Source: an uncultured bacterium (lineage in GTDB: Bacteria > Patescibacteriota > Minisyncoccia > Phycocordibacterales > PALSA-1337). Taken from it: DNA of 64,000 bases. Below are positions 48,033 through 58,983 of the stretch, piece by piece. Location of the stretch: contig CAINCE010000073.1 of the NCBI GenBank assembly GCA_903846945.1, forward strand, positions 13,626 to 77,625. Reading direction: 5' to 3'. The notes under the pieces were generated by a model. It ran no database searches. It was not told the origin of the DNA and was given only the letters and a program-made list of their open reading frames with translations. How positions within the stretch are numbered: the stretch's first letter is position 1; the number at the start of each line of letters is the position of its first letter. The translations under genes and the position numbers were made by a program.

Positions 48033-49373
48033 TTACGCTTTCTTCTTTTTAGTTGGCTTTTCAGTAGAAGATGCTTTTTTGTCTCCTTCATCTGCAGCTT
48101 TCGTAACTTCTTCGACCGTCTCCTTTACCTCAACAACTTCATCTTTTGCTTTTTCGATGACCGCATCAGCGGCTTTTTCGGCTATTTCCTCTTTGACCTC
48201 TTCGATAGTGACGGTTTCCTCATCTTCGTCTGTACCGGGAGCTTCTGCTAGCTCTTCGCCACCAGTAGACTTGATATCTATCTTCCAACCGGTGAGTTTG
48301 GCAGCTAGACGGACATTCTGACCACCTTTACCGATAGCTAGTGACTGTTCATCTTCGGTAACTGTGACAACTGCACGATGAGATGAGTCGTCTAACTCCA
48401 GTGAGACAACTTCTGCAGGGGAGAGCGCTTCCTCGATAAATAGGGCAGCATCCTGATTCCACTCTATGATATCTATCTTCTCACCTGACAATTCGCTGGT
48501 GACAGTAGAAACACGAACTCCACGCTGACCAACCATCGAACCTATAGGGTCGATGTGCGGATCATGAGAAACCACGGCGATCTTTGAGCGAGAGCCAGCT
48601 TCACGGGCGATGGCTTTGATCTCGACAGTTCCAGATGCGATCTCTGGTGCCTCTGTTTCAAATAGTTTCGCTAGGAACTTTGGATGCGAACGGGAAAGTT
48701 TCAAAACGACACCTTTTGGAGTCTCTTCCACAGCGTAGAGATATGCACGGATACGATCTCCAGTCTTCCAGCGCTCGCTAGGAATCTGTTCTTCATATGA
48801 TATAACACCGACTGCGCGACCCATGTCTATATAGACTGTGCCTCGTTCGACTCGTTCGACTGTACCAGCGACGATCTGGTCTCTCTTCTCTCCATATTCT
48901 CCGAGAACGGAAACCTTCTCGGCTTCGCGAATCTTCTGAATGATGATCTGTTTGGCTGTCTGAGCGGCGATACGACCAAAATCAGCCTTGGTTTCGAGAG
49001 GGAAGATTAGTTCATCACCGATCTCCGCGTTCTTCTTTATCTTCCTAGCATCCTCGATGAGCATGTGCTGTTCTGGATTGAAACGGATCTTGATATCCTC
49101 AACATCTGCATCCTTGAGTTCTTTGTGGTCCATTTCCTCATCTCCTTCCATGATGACTTGGGCACGATCTACGACTATCTTTACCTGCCAGAACTCTACT
49201 CCACCAGAGTTTGAATCAAATGAAGCACGAACTATCTGGCCTTTCTTGCCATACTCTTTCTTGTAAGCGGTAGCTAGAGACATGGCGATAGCCTCGAGAG
49301 TTTTCTCACGAGGAATACCACGCTCTTCTTCTAGTTGTTGTACTACGGAATTGATGACTTTTAGATCAAACAT
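48033..49373 (-). CDS. nusA: transcription termination/antitermination factor NusA
   Basis: 446 aa; N-terminal domain, S1 domain, two KH domains, acidic C-terminal tail. Confidence 0.95.
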   Translation of the reverse strand: MFDLKVINSVVQQLEEERGIPREKTLEAIAMSLATAYKKEYGKKGQIVRASFDSNSGGVEFWQVKIVVDRAQVIMEGDEEMDHKELKDADVEDIKIRFNPEQHMLIEDARKIKKNAEIGDELIFPLETKADFGRIAAQTAKQIIIQKIREAEKVSVLGEYGEKRDQIVAGTVERVERGTVYIDMGRAVGVISYEEQIPSERWKTGDRIRAYLYAVEETPKGVVLKLSRSHPKFLAKLFETEAPEIASGTVEIKAIAREAGSRSKIAVVSHDPHIDPIGSMVGQRGVRVSTVTSELSGEKIDIIEWNQDAALFIEEALSPAEVVSLELDDSSHRAVVTVTEDEQSLAIGKGGQNVRLAAKLTGWKIDIKSTGGEELAEAPGTDEDEETVTIEEVKEEIAEKAADAVIEKAKDEVVEVKETVEEVTKAADEGDKKASSTEKPTKKKKA

Positions 49374-49915
49374 ATATTTATTATTTAGTTGTTATTTTGA
49401 TAAGCGAGGATCTGTGGATGATATCATACACAAGATTCGAGCGTAATCAAAAACTTCTATTAAGTTGTAATCTTACCCTTTTAACAAACAAGTCCGCCGG
49501 ACGGGCGAACAGTGACTAATATGAGTAATATAACATGTATATGTCGTTTGTGCAACTTATGCGCGCCTGAGTTCAACAATCAATTGCAACAGCTGTATTG
49601 CGATATTATTCTGACGATTCAGTAGAATCGCCTACTGGGTTCGAAGTCAGAACAAACGAGTAAATACTCCGCAGCTTGCTCGTGTAAAGAAACAGAGCTT
49701 CTACTTAATACCTCGCCAGCTTGCTGCGAGGTAGTTTATTACAAAACGAAATCATCCAATTAACTAGATTGCAAAACTTTTTAAAGTGGTAAGATTATAG
49801 TAACAAATAAAAGGAGTGCAAGTCGACACTCTTTTTTGATACGAGAAATGTGTCATGAATTTGATGGGTTACTAATTTACTAAATTATTACTATTTTAAT
49901 TAGTTTATAAATCAT

Positions 49916-50788
49916 ATGAATAATAATTCAAACAAATCACCGCAAGTGATAGGTCCGAGCAAGGGTTTTGAGTCTATAAAGAAATTGGATGAAAATGGGA
50001 TTGAATATTGGGAGGCGAGGGAATTAATGTGTCTTTTTGGCTATTCAGAATGGCGGTCGTTCGATGAAGTTATAACGAAGGCTATAGTTGCCGCAAAAAA
50101 TAGTAATCAAAACACGGAAAACCATTTTGGTCGATTGACCAAAATGGTGCGGACAGGTTCTAATACCGTAAGGCCAATTAAAGATTGGAAGCTAGATAGT
50201 TACGCATGTTATCTAGTAGCTCAAAATGGTGATTCTCATAAATTAGAAATTGCCGGTGCACAAACATATTTCGCGATCCAGACGAGAAAACAGGAAATAT
50301 TGGATAGTTTACCTCAAGCTGAGAGAAGAATACATATTCGTGAGGGTATGAGAATAGAAAATAGGTTCCTTTTTGGTGTTGCGAAAGATGCTGATGTATC
50401 AAAGTTTGGTGCATTCAATGGTGCGGGGTATAGAGGTCTATATAATATGTCGTTGTCAGAAATAGAAAAGAAGAAAAATATTGATAAGGGCGCCTTGCTC
50501 GATAGTGCTGGTTCTGTTGAGTTGGCAGCCAACCTGTTTCGTATCACCCAAATAGAAGCTAAACTAAAGAGGGACAGAGTTAAAGGTGATGATAATGCTC
50601 AGAGTACACATTTCAAAGTTGGTGCTAAAATACGTCAAACCATGAAAGAGCTCGGAAGTGAGATGCCTGAAAGCCTAAAACCAGAGAAACATATCAAGAA
50701 ATTGAAGAAAAATATCAAGAATGCAAAATCAGCACCTAATATCAAGGGTATCTCAGAGCCCATCCACCATCTTCCCCCTGCCATGTAA
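49916..50788 (+). CDS. dinD: DNA damage-inducible protein D-like
   Basis: YWEARELMCLFGYSEWRSFDEVITKAI...YACYLVAQNGDSHKLEIAGAQTYFAIQTRKQE...ELAANLFRITQIEAKL; the last 11 codons are supplied by the MITE-like insertion. Confidence 0.8.
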   Translation: MNNNSNKSPQVIGPSKGFESIKKLDENGIEYWEARELMCLFGYSEWRSFDEVITKAIVAAKNSNQNTENHFGRLTKMVRTGSNTVRPIKDWKLDSYACYLVAQNGDSHKLEIAGAQTYFAIQTRKQEILDSLPQAERRIHIREGMRIENRFLFGVAKDADVSKFGAFNGAGYRGLYNMSLSEIEKKKNIDKGALLDSAGSVELAANLFRITQIEAKLKRDRVKGDDNAQSTHFKVGAKIRQTMKELGSEMPESLKPEKHIKKLKKNIKNAKSAPNIKGISEPIHHLPPAM

Positions 50789-50916
50789 AGCCTTATTTTT
50801 GGCTACAAAACTACGCTTCGTTCTCGCCATAATTCATTATGGCTCGAACTCCAGCTTGTTTTTCGCCTAAAAATAAAGCTTTCCTGGTAGGGTACCGCGA
50901 GATGGTGGATGGGCTC
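50756..50916. mobile_element. 161-bp MITE-like element, copy 2
   Basis: Same 17-bp TIR; flanked by TCA (50753..50755) and TCA (50917..50919); 3 substitutions relative to copy 1. Confidence 0.7.
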
Positions 50917-50977
50917 TCATAAAGTATTCCACAGTTTGCAGTAAAATACACAGCGCAAAGTTTTCTGAAATGGTATA

Positions 50978-52738
50978 ATGTTTATCAACATGCTCATCGA
51001 AGACACCCAACTCTTTAAGTTTATCCAAGATTCTGGACTAGTTTCCAAGGATGATCTAGAAGTAGCAAAAAATGAGGCAGATGAAAATAACAAGAGGCTC
51101 GGCGATGTGCTAGTTACCAATGGCAAGATCACCGTCGATAATTTGCGTCGCATGCAAGCCTATGTTCTAGGTATTCCTTTCGTAAATCTAAAGAACAAGA
51201 AGATCCCCCTCGATACCCTGTCTCTCATACCAGAACCTATCGCTCGTACACACAATATCGTCCCATTTAAAAAGACTGATACGACGCTAGAAGTGGCGAT
51301 GCTCAATGTAAATGATCTCTCAGCTATCGACTTCATAAAAAAGAAAGTAAATCTAAAGATATTGCCACGACTCACTGATGCGGACTCTCTGAAGGAAGTG
51401 ATGGTTCAGTATCAAAAAAGTCTAAAAGCGGAGTTTGGAGACATCATCCAAAAGGAAACGGCAGCATTGAAGATGGTTGCAGAAGAGAAAGGGGAGCCAA
51501 CTTCAGCAGATGATCTTAAAAAGATCGCAGAGGATCTGCCAGTCGTGCGCATTGTGGATACACTCGTTAAGCATGCCATCATTCAGAATGCGTCAGATAT
51601 CCACATAGAACCCATGGAAGATCAAGTACTAGTTAGATACAGGATAGATGGCATGCTACATGATGCCATGGTACTACCAAAACAGGCGGGACCATCAGTA
51701 ACTGCGCGTATCAAGGTGTTGTCGAATCTCAAATTGGACGAAAAGCGTTTGCCACAGGATGGTAGGTTCCGTGTAGATATAGCTAATGAGAGAGTTTCGT
51801 TCCGTGTTTCCATCTTGCCGACATATTATGGCGAAAAGACCGTGATGCGTCTACTTCGTGAGAATATCACCAGCTTTTCACTCGAGTCACTCAATTTCCA
51901 TGGAGAAAGTTTGGAGCGTATACATGAAGCATTGAAGAAAACTACAGGGATGATCCTCACGACTGGTCCAACAGGATCTGGTAAGACTACTACCCTGTAT
52001 ACCATGTTGGATATATTGAACACTCCAGATGTGAACATTTCGACTATCGAAGATCCTATAGAATATCAGATGGCTCGTATCAATCAGACTCAGGTCAAAC
52101 CTGATATCGGATTTTCATTCGCTCAGGGTATACGCACTCTAGTGCGCCAGGACCCAGATATCATCATGGTGGGTGAAATCCGAGATAACGAGACGGCAGC
52201 GCTCGCTATAAATGCGGCTCTAACTGGACACTTGGTCTTGTCAACATTGCATACGAACAGTGCCGCGGGTGCTATCCCTCGTCTTTTGGATATGAAAGCG
52301 GAAACATTTTTGCTGGTCTCAACTATCGATGTTGTTATCGGACAGAGACTGGTTAGACACCTAACTGATACAAAGGAATCATATAAACTCTCGAAAGCAG
52401 AATTAGCAGAGCTAACAAAGCTCGTCGATCTCGATCGAGTTCTGGCAGCACTCATAGAAGAAAAGATCATTCACCCATCTGATACATGGGAAAATATACC
52501 ATTTTTCAAGCCAGTCAAGGGTGTAGATGATGATGGATTCAAGGGTCGTGTGGGGATTCATGAAGTGATCAGGATGACACCGAGTATCAAAGACCTCATC
52601 ATGAAGAATTCTAGATCTAGTGTTATCGAAGACCAGGCAAAAAAGGAGGGGATGCTCACCATGTTAGAGGATGGTATATTTAAGTGTGTGCAGGGACTGA
52701 CTACGATAGAAGAGGTGCTCCGAGTTATCACAGAGTAA
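50978..52738 (+). CDS. pilB: type IV pilus / type II secretion ATPase PilB/GspE
   Basis: 586 aa; Walker A GPTGSGKTTTLY, His/Asp boxes, N-terminal GSPII domain. Confidence 0.95.
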   Translation: MFINMLIEDTQLFKFIQDSGLVSKDDLEVAKNEADENNKRLGDVLVTNGKITVDNLRRMQAYVLGIPFVNLKNKKIPLDTLSLIPEPIARTHNIVPFKKTDTTLEVAMLNVNDLSAIDFIKKKVNLKILPRLTDADSLKEVMVQYQKSLKAEFGDIIQKETAALKMVAEEKGEPTSADDLKKIAEDLPVVRIVDTLVKHAIIQNASDIHIEPMEDQVLVRYRIDGMLHDAMVLPKQAGPSVTARIKVLSNLKLDEKRLPQDGRFRVDIANERVSFRVSILPTYYGEKTVMRLLRENITSFSLESLNFHGESLERIHEALKKTTGMILTTGPTGSGKTTTLYTMLDILNTPDVNISTIEDPIEYQMARINQTQVKPDIGFSFAQGIRTLVRQDPDIIMVGEIRDNETAALAINAALTGHLVLSTLHTNSAAGAIPRLLDMKAETFLLVSTIDVVIGQRLVRHLTDTKESYKLSKAELAELTKLVDLDRVLAALIEEKIIHPSDTWENIPFFKPVKGVDDDGFKGRVGIHEVIRMTPSIKDLIMKNSRSSVIEDQAKKEGMLTMLEDGIFKCVQGLTTIEEVLRVITE

Positions 52739-52839
52739 TTAGATTTAAGATTAATGATTTTCGATTTAAGATTCACACAAAATTCATTCCAAATAGCGTT
52801 ATTCATAAATCTTATCTCTTAAATCCTAAATCTATTCCT

Positions 52840-54063
52840 ATGAGCCACTTTACATACAAAGCAAAAAAGCCAGGAGGGGCGATATACAGCGGTGACCGTG
52901 ATGCGGCTGATCGTTATGAACTATATAGACTAGTCAGAGAAGGGGGGGATGAAATAGTCCAATTCCGAGAAGTCGGTTTGTCAAAAGGGCTGAATCTGCA
53001 TATGTCATTTTCTATGCTCACAAATAGTGTCAGGATGATAGACAAGATCAATTTTGCTAGGAATCTCGGTTCAATGTTGGAAGCTGGTTTGGCGCTGGCT
53101 CGAGCACTATCAGTTCTAGAGAGACAGACTGGCAGCAAATCATTGAAGAAAGTCATAACAGACCTGATAGAGGAGATCACAAAAGGAACGACATTGTCAG
53201 ATGCCCTAGCAAAGCATAAAAAAGTTTTTTCTCCTTTGTTCATATCCATGGTCCACGCAGGTGAGCAGAGTGGAACTTTGTCCGACTCATTGAAAGTCGT
53301 CGCTTCTCAGATGGATAGTAACTATTCATTGCAAAAACGTATTCGTGGTGCCCTCATGTATCCAGGAGTCATCATTTCGGCGATGATCGTGATCGCAATA
53401 CTCATGTTCGTATTTGTCATCCCAACGCTCTTGAAGACATTTACTGATCTAAATGTTGCACTACCGCTCAGTACGCAGGTTGTCCTAGGATTGAGTAACT
53501 TGGTTCAACACCAGGGTTTGTTGCTGTTGGCAGTCGTGATAATGATCGCGGGGATGTTCTACTGGTGGGCAAAACAAATCAAAGGCAAGTATGTAATGGA
53601 CAAGGCGGTATTGAAAATCCCCATGATAGGAAAGTTGGTTCAAGAAGTAAATACGGCTAGAACGGCCCGAACCTTGGCTTCATTGCTCAATTCTGGCGTA
53701 GATGTTGTTGAGGCCATGGCTATAACAGCCAATGTTGTGCAAAATGTCCATTTCAAAGCCGTGCTCATGAAAGCTATGGAGGCGATCAAGAAGGGTGATC
53801 TCATGTCCAAAGTTTTTGAGGAAGAGACGAAATTATACCCAGTGTTCTTTTCGGAAATGGTCAGTGTTGGAGAGGAAACTGGTAAGACGGGAGAAATGTT
53901 ACTCGGTGTAGCTCATTATTACGAAAATGAAGTTGAGCAGAAAACTAAGGACATGTCGACGATCATCGAACCATTCCTCATCCTCTTGATCGGAGCCGCC
54001 GTTGGATTCTTCGCAGTCTCTATGATACAGCCGATGTATTCACTAGTGGGAGCGATCAATTAG
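52840..54063 (+). CDS. pilC: type IV pilus platform protein PilC/GspF
   Basis: About 407 aa from MSHFTYKAKK; two GspF repeats and three TM helices. Confidence 0.9.
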   Translation: MSHFTYKAKKPGGAIYSGDRDAADRYELYRLVREGGDEIVQFREVGLSKGLNLHMSFSMLTNSVRMIDKINFARNLGSMLEAGLALARALSVLERQTGSKSLKKVITDLIEEITKGTTLSDALAKHKKVFSPLFISMVHAGEQSGTLSDSLKVVASQMDSNYSLQKRIRGALMYPGVIISAMIVIAILMFVFVIPTLLKTFTDLNVALPLSTQVVLGLSNLVQHQGLLLLAVVIMIAGMFYWWAKQIKGKYVMDKAVLKIPMIGKLVQEVNTARTARTLASLLNSGVDVVEAMAITANVVQNVHFKAVLMKAMEAIKKGDLMSKVFEEETKLYPVFFSEMVSVGEETGKTGEMLLGVAHYYENEVEQKTKDMSTIIEPFLILLIGAAVGFFAVSMIQPMYSLVGAIN

Positions 54064-54120
54064 GAAAGTATATTAGTATGGCAGTAAGAAAATAATGAGT
54101 ATGGAACACTGTTAATATAA

Positions 54121-55905
54121 ATGAATAAAAGGCAGAATTCAAATAGGGGATTTTCACTTATAGAGGTACTCATAGGTACTGCTGTATTCCTTATGGTATC
54201 AACGGCTGCTTATGGTCTATTTGCAAATCTATTTAAATTGGCAGCCGCGAGTCAGGCCAATATATTGGCAGTTGAGCTAGCTGATGAACAGTTCGAAATC
54301 ATCCGTAACATGCCATATACGAGCGTCGGTCTCACCAATGGTATTCCTCTGGGTATATTGCCACAAACACAGACATTGGTTCGAGGAGGCTACAGTTTTG
54401 CAGTTGATCTCACGGTTCGTAATATAAATCTCTCTACTTCGACAGTTCAGGCCAGTGACAAGTTGGTCGAGGTTAACATCTCTTGTCCTACATGTCGTAA
54501 TTTTAGTCCAGTAACACTAACGGGTCAGATATCCCCAGCCAATCTCCAGTCTGCGTCCAATGGCGGAGCCCTGACTGTCAGGGCTTTTGATGCTGGAGGT
54601 CAACCTGTCGAAGATGCAGTAGTGAATGTACAGAGTGTCTCAACTTCGTCTGTTATGAATAACGATGTAACGAACAATTTGGGAACTTTGAATATCATCG
54701 GTGTACCAGGAGGAGTAAATGCATACCAGATCATCGTTTCAAAATCAGGATATTCAACAGATCGAACTTATGCAGTGAGTGGTCCCAATCCTACTCCGAC
54801 CAATCCGAACAAAACGGTATTGAATGGTCAGATCAGTCAAGCTAGTTTCGCTATCGATAGATTGAGTACACTAAATTTCTCTAGCGTCTCACCACTATGC
54901 GCGCCAGTAGGGAATATCCATATGAATCTGGTGGGGGCGAAACAGATCGGAACGAACATTCCGAAATATTCACAGAGTATCGTCACAAATTCATCTGGTG
55001 TTTTGTCACTTAATTCTATGGAATGGGATACTTACACTATCACTCCTACAGACAGTTCGTATGATATCGCAGGTGTGAACCCTTTTAGCCCCCTCACTCT
55101 AAATCCAGATAATACTCAAAGTGTCCAGCTCGTAGTATTACCAAAGAATCCAAATAGTCTGATGGTCTCAGTGATGGATACTATCACCAAGTTACCTATA
55201 TCTGGAGCCACGGTTCAGTTGACCAAGTCTGGATATGATGTGACTCAAGTAACTGGGCAGGGATATTTTACGCAGACTGATTGGTCGAATGGAGACACGC
55301 AGAGTGGTCTATATGTAGATAAGAGTGCATATGCTGTAGGAAGCGGAGTGGATACGACGACATCTTCTTCTTCTGGAAATATATTGTTACATTGGAATAC
55401 TGCTAGCACTCCATATGATGTGGTGGTGACAGGAACTCTAGAATCTTCTACTTTTGATACTGGAACTTCTAGTAATTTCTACACGATGTCTTGGAAACCT
55501 TCCAATCAACCACTCTTGACTGGTACTAGTAGTGTAAAGTTTCAATTTGCCACAAAACCAACTGCTACTTCCACTTTTTCTGACGCAGACTATTTTGGAC
55601 CAGATGGAACGCATGACAGCTTCTTTACTGTTCCAGGTGGTATGATCAATGCGGTTAGCAACAACGTTGCATTTGCTAGATACAAGGCGTATCTCACCAC
55701 AAATACAGCTACTGTTACTCCTAGTATTTCTGAAGCTACATTTTCTTTTACTTCTGGATGTATTCCACCCGGTCAAGTGTTATTCCAAGGCCTCACAGCT
55801 GGTACATACACCCTCAATGTTTCTCAGTCAGGCTATGTGACGAGTTCAGGAAGTGTAACAGTTGCTAGTGGTTGGCAGGAAAAGGTCGTGAAACTCACAC
55901 ATTGA
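54121..55905 (+). CDS. large prepilin-type N-terminal cleavage/methylation domain protein
   Basis: 594 aa; N-terminal RGFSLIEVLIGTAVFLMV class III signal (G/F cleavage, E+5). Confidence 0.7.
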   Translation: MNKRQNSNRGFSLIEVLIGTAVFLMVSTAAYGLFANLFKLAAASQANILAVELADEQFEIIRNMPYTSVGLTNGIPLGILPQTQTLVRGGYSFAVDLTVRNINLSTSTVQASDKLVEVNISCPTCRNFSPVTLTGQISPANLQSASNGGALTVRAFDAGGQPVEDAVVNVQSVSTSSVMNNDVTNNLGTLNIIGVPGGVNAYQIIVSKSGYSTDRTYAVSGPNPTPTNPNKTVLNGQISQASFAIDRLSTLNFSSVSPLCAPVGNIHMNLVGAKQIGTNIPKYSQSIVTNSSGVLSLNSMEWDTYTITPTDSSYDIAGVNPFSPLTLNPDNTQSVQLVVLPKNPNSLMVSVMDTITKLPISGATVQLTKSGYDVTQVTGQGYFTQTDWSNGDTQSGLYVDKSAYAVGSGVDTTTSSSSGNILLHWNTASTPYDVVVTGTLESSTFDTGTSSNFYTMSWKPSNQPLLTGTSSVKFQFATKPTATSTFSDADYFGPDGTHDSFFTVPGGMINAVSNNVAFARYKAYLTTNTATVTPSISEATFSFTSGCIPPGQVLFQGLTAGTYTLNVSQSGYVTSSGSVTVASGWQEKVVKLTH

Positions 55906-55906
55906 T

Positions 55907-56596
55907 ATGAAATATGATATGAGAAATATGAAATATGATCGGTCAAGAGAGCAGAAAAAATGCGATGGTCATATCTCATATCTCGTATCTCATATTTCCA
56001 GTCGCGGCATGACCCTGGTCGAAGTTCTCGTCACTTTGGGAATATTTATGGCGATCATGTTTGCAGTGGCGACATTTGAATACAATGTCTTTACATATCC
56101 CAAAAATATTTCCGGATCATTCCAGACTGCTCAAGATACCCAGATCTTGTTAAGAACCATGTTAAGAGAGATGCGTACGGCACAACAGGGGGCAAATGGT
56201 GCATATCCGCTAGTTAATGTGGGTACGAGCACCATTTCATTCTTTGCGGATCCTGATAATAATGGCACGATCGAACGGGTTTCATATTTTTTGGCGAGTT
56301 CTAGTATTTACAGAGGAATAATACAGCCCTCAGGCAATCCTGTCGTATATATTGGAACCAGTCAGATAAATAAAATGATCGTTACTAATGTACGCAATAG
56401 TTCTTCTACGCCACTATTTCAATATTTTGATACTAATTACAATGGGACTAGTTCACCACTGACTCAACCAGTGACAGCAACAGCTGTCCGACTCGTCAAG
56501 ATAAATCTGACACTGGATGTAGATCTAAACAGGTCTCCAACACCGATGACTTACACTGTTCAAGCCAGCTTTAGAAATCTAAAATCAAACCTATGA
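55907..56596 (+). CDS. pseudopilin with prepilin-type N-terminus
   Basis: RGMTLVEVLVTLGIFMAIMFAV class III signal. Confidence 0.6.
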   Translation: MKYDMRNMKYDRSREQKKCDGHISYLVSHISSRGMTLVEVLVTLGIFMAIMFAVATFEYNVFTYPKNISGSFQTAQDTQILLRTMLREMRTAQQGANGAYPLVNVGTSTISFFADPDNNGTIERVSYFLASSSIYRGIIQPSGNPVVYIGTSQINKMIVTNVRNSSSTPLFQYFDTNYNGTSSPLTQPVTATAVRLVKINLTLDVDLNRSPTPMTYTVQASFRNLKSNL

Positions 56597-58110
56597 TGAA
56601 ACGATCGAAATATGATAAAGCGTCGCAGAAAGGCGATATTCTCCTCACGGTTCTCGTTTTTGCAGCTATCACGATCACTGTTACTATCGGTCTGGTGAAT
56701 TGGGGGGCGACGATGCTGGCCAGTATTCGAAATATTAAAGCCAAAGAACAAGCATTTCAGATAGCTGAAGCGGGAGTTGACTACTACAGATGGCACCTCG
56801 CTCAATATCCTACTGATTATAGAGATGGTACGACAACGCCTCAGCCATATATACACCAGTTTTACAATAGAGATGGTGATTTGCTGGGTACATATTCTCT
56901 CACCATTACCGCACCGTTAGTTGGTTCAACACTGGTAAAGATAGTCTCAAAGGGTACAGCATCGTCGACGCCACCTGTTTCGAGGAGTATAGAAGCCGTC
57001 ATGGCGATACCGTCATTTGCCAAGTTTGCGGTCGTGGCGAATGATAATATGCGTTTTGGTGAAGGAACAGAAGTATTTGGTCCTATACATTCTAACAAGG
57101 GAATACGATTCGACGGTGTGGCACACAATCTCATCTCTAGTGCCCTGACTACATATACGGATCCAGATAGTGGATCGTGCACCACTAACAATTCATGGGC
57201 AGTTCACACATGTGTTACTCCGAATGCCGATCCAGCATCACCGTCAACCATCTCGAGTAGACCTGATATATTCTTGGCAGGGAGGCAGTTTCCTGTACCT
57301 TCTGTTGATTTTGCTGGGTTGATTTCAGGACTCACTCAGTTGCAAACATTGGCACGAAATGGCGGTAAGGAGTGGGCATCGTCAAATGCGGAGGGGTATC
57401 ATATCGTATTCAATACGAACAATACCTATTCCCTATACAAAGTTAATGGTAGGGAGTCTATTGCCGGTAGCTGTACTAGTAACTCTGGTGGTACTGGTCA
57501 ATGGGGATCGTGGAGTATACAGAGCCCGATTTCTTCAAATCAAACTGCTGTAAAAACGAGTGGTAGTAATGTTTACTCGATTCCTTCGAATGGTGTCATC
57601 TTCTTTAATGATGATGTATGGGTCGACGGTACTATCGATGGGTCACGCGTGACTGTCGTTGCTGCCATCATCGGAGAGACCAACCCTGACAATTATGTCA
57701 ATATCACTGTAAACAATGATCTGAAGTACACGCATTTTGATGGTACTGATGTTATCGCACTTATCGCGCAAAACAATATCAATGCAGGACTGGTGAGCGA
57801 TGATAATCTAGAGATTGACGCCGCACTAGTAGCAGAAAATGGTCGTGTTGGAAGATACTACTATGATGATAGTTGTGGTTCAAACTATGTTAGGAGCACC
57901 CTCACATTAAATGGCATGATCGCTAGCAGTATTCGCTATGGGTTTGCTTATACTGGTTCGAAATATAACTGTGGCGGCTCTGTTGGTATGACTGGTGGGG
58001 GATATTGTGTTAGAAATATCATATATGATGGGAACTTGTTGTATGGTCCGCCGCCATCATTTCCATTGGCAACTAGCCAGTACCAGCTCATTTCTTGGAA
58101 GGAGATATAG
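56593..58110 (+). CDS. pilus-associated membrane-anchored protein, putative
   Basis: 505 aa; one N-terminal TM helix then a large Thr/Ser/Gly-rich extracellular domain; same operon as the pilins. Confidence 0.5.
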   Translation: MMKRSKYDKASQKGDILLTVLVFAAITITVTIGLVNWGATMLASIRNIKAKEQAFQIAEAGVDYYRWHLAQYPTDYRDGTTTPQPYIHQFYNRDGDLLGTYSLTITAPLVGSTLVKIVSKGTASSTPPVSRSIEAVMAIPSFAKFAVVANDNMRFGEGTEVFGPIHSNKGIRFDGVAHNLISSALTTYTDPDSGSCTTNNSWAVHTCVTPNADPASPSTISSRPDIFLAGRQFPVPSVDFAGLISGLTQLQTLARNGGKEWASSNAEGYHIVFNTNNTYSLYKVNGRESIAGSCTSNSGGTGQWGSWSIQSPISSNQTAVKTSGSNVYSIPSNGVIFFNDDVWVDGTIDGSRVTVVAAIIGETNPDNYVNITVNNDLKYTHFDGTDVIALIAQNNINAGLVSDDNLEIDAALVAENGRVGRYYYDDSCGSNYVRSTLTLNGMIASSIRYGFAYTGSKYNCGGSVGMTGGGYCVRNIIYDGNLLYGPPPSFPLATSQYQLISWKEI

Positions 58111-58152
58111 GGTGCAGATTGAGAGACTGATAATACATGATATAATGGAAGC

Positions 58153-58920
58153 ATGACAAATAGAAAACTCATCATAGGTAACTGGAAGATGAATCCTGGA
58201 ACGCTGGAAGAGGCGAAAAAGATCGTCGCAAAGACGAAGCGTGTTGCTGCTAAGTTGGACCATACTGATGTCGTAGTGTGTCCACCATTTGTATTTTTGC
58301 CACAACTCGCTCCAAGGAGATCGGTGAAACATTTTCATGTTGGGGCACAGTCTGTATATTTCGAAGAAAGTGGTTCGTACACGGGTGAAGTTAGTGTAGC
58401 AATGCTCCGAGATGTTGGTACGGAGTATGTCATCGTCGGTCATTCTGAAGAGAGGAAGAGGGGAGATACGGATGAGATTGTCGCTAAGAAAGTGAAGGCG
58501 GTGATCGATGCAGGTCTAACTCCTATAGTCTGCGTCGGTGAGATCTCTCGTGATGTTGAGGGTGCTTCGCATTATGAAGTATTGAAAAAACAGATACAGA
58601 ATAGCTTTGCAGGCGTACCCAAGAGGGCCGGAAGAGATATCGTCCTCGCTTATGAACCTGTCTGGGCGATAGGCGCGAAGGAGTCCATGGTTCCGAGTGA
58701 GATCTATGAGATGTCTCTATTCGTAAAGAAAGTCTTTTCTGATGCCTTTGGTCCAGAAACTGCGGTGAAAGTAACTATTCTCTATGGGGGAGCAGTAAAT
58801 TTCAGGAATGCTGCGGATATCATCTCTATAGGTAAAGTTGACGGCCTACTCGTCGGCCGTGAGAGTTTGAATACTGTTGGTTTTGTAGAGTTACTAAAGG
58901 CGGTGGATGCGGTGAAGTAA
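58153..58920 (+). CDS. tpiA: triose-phosphate isomerase
   Basis: LIIGNWKMNPG, VVGHSEERK and YEPVWAIG catalytic motifs. Confidence 0.95.
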   Translation: MTNRKLIIGNWKMNPGTLEEAKKIVAKTKRVAAKLDHTDVVVCPPFVFLPQLAPRRSVKHFHVGAQSVYFEESGSYTGEVSVAMLRDVGTEYVIVGHSEERKRGDTDEIVAKKVKAVIDAGLTPIVCVGEISRDVEGASHYEVLKKQIQNSFAGVPKRAGRDIVLAYEPVWAIGAKESMVPSEIYEMSLFVKKVFSDAFGPETAVKVTILYGGAVNFRNAADIISIGKVDGLLVGRESLNTVGFVELLKAVDAVK

Positions 58921-58983
58921 GTCTCAAGTTAATTGAATAATTGCCAGTCCGTAAACAACTCAAAATAGTCAAAATATGGTATA

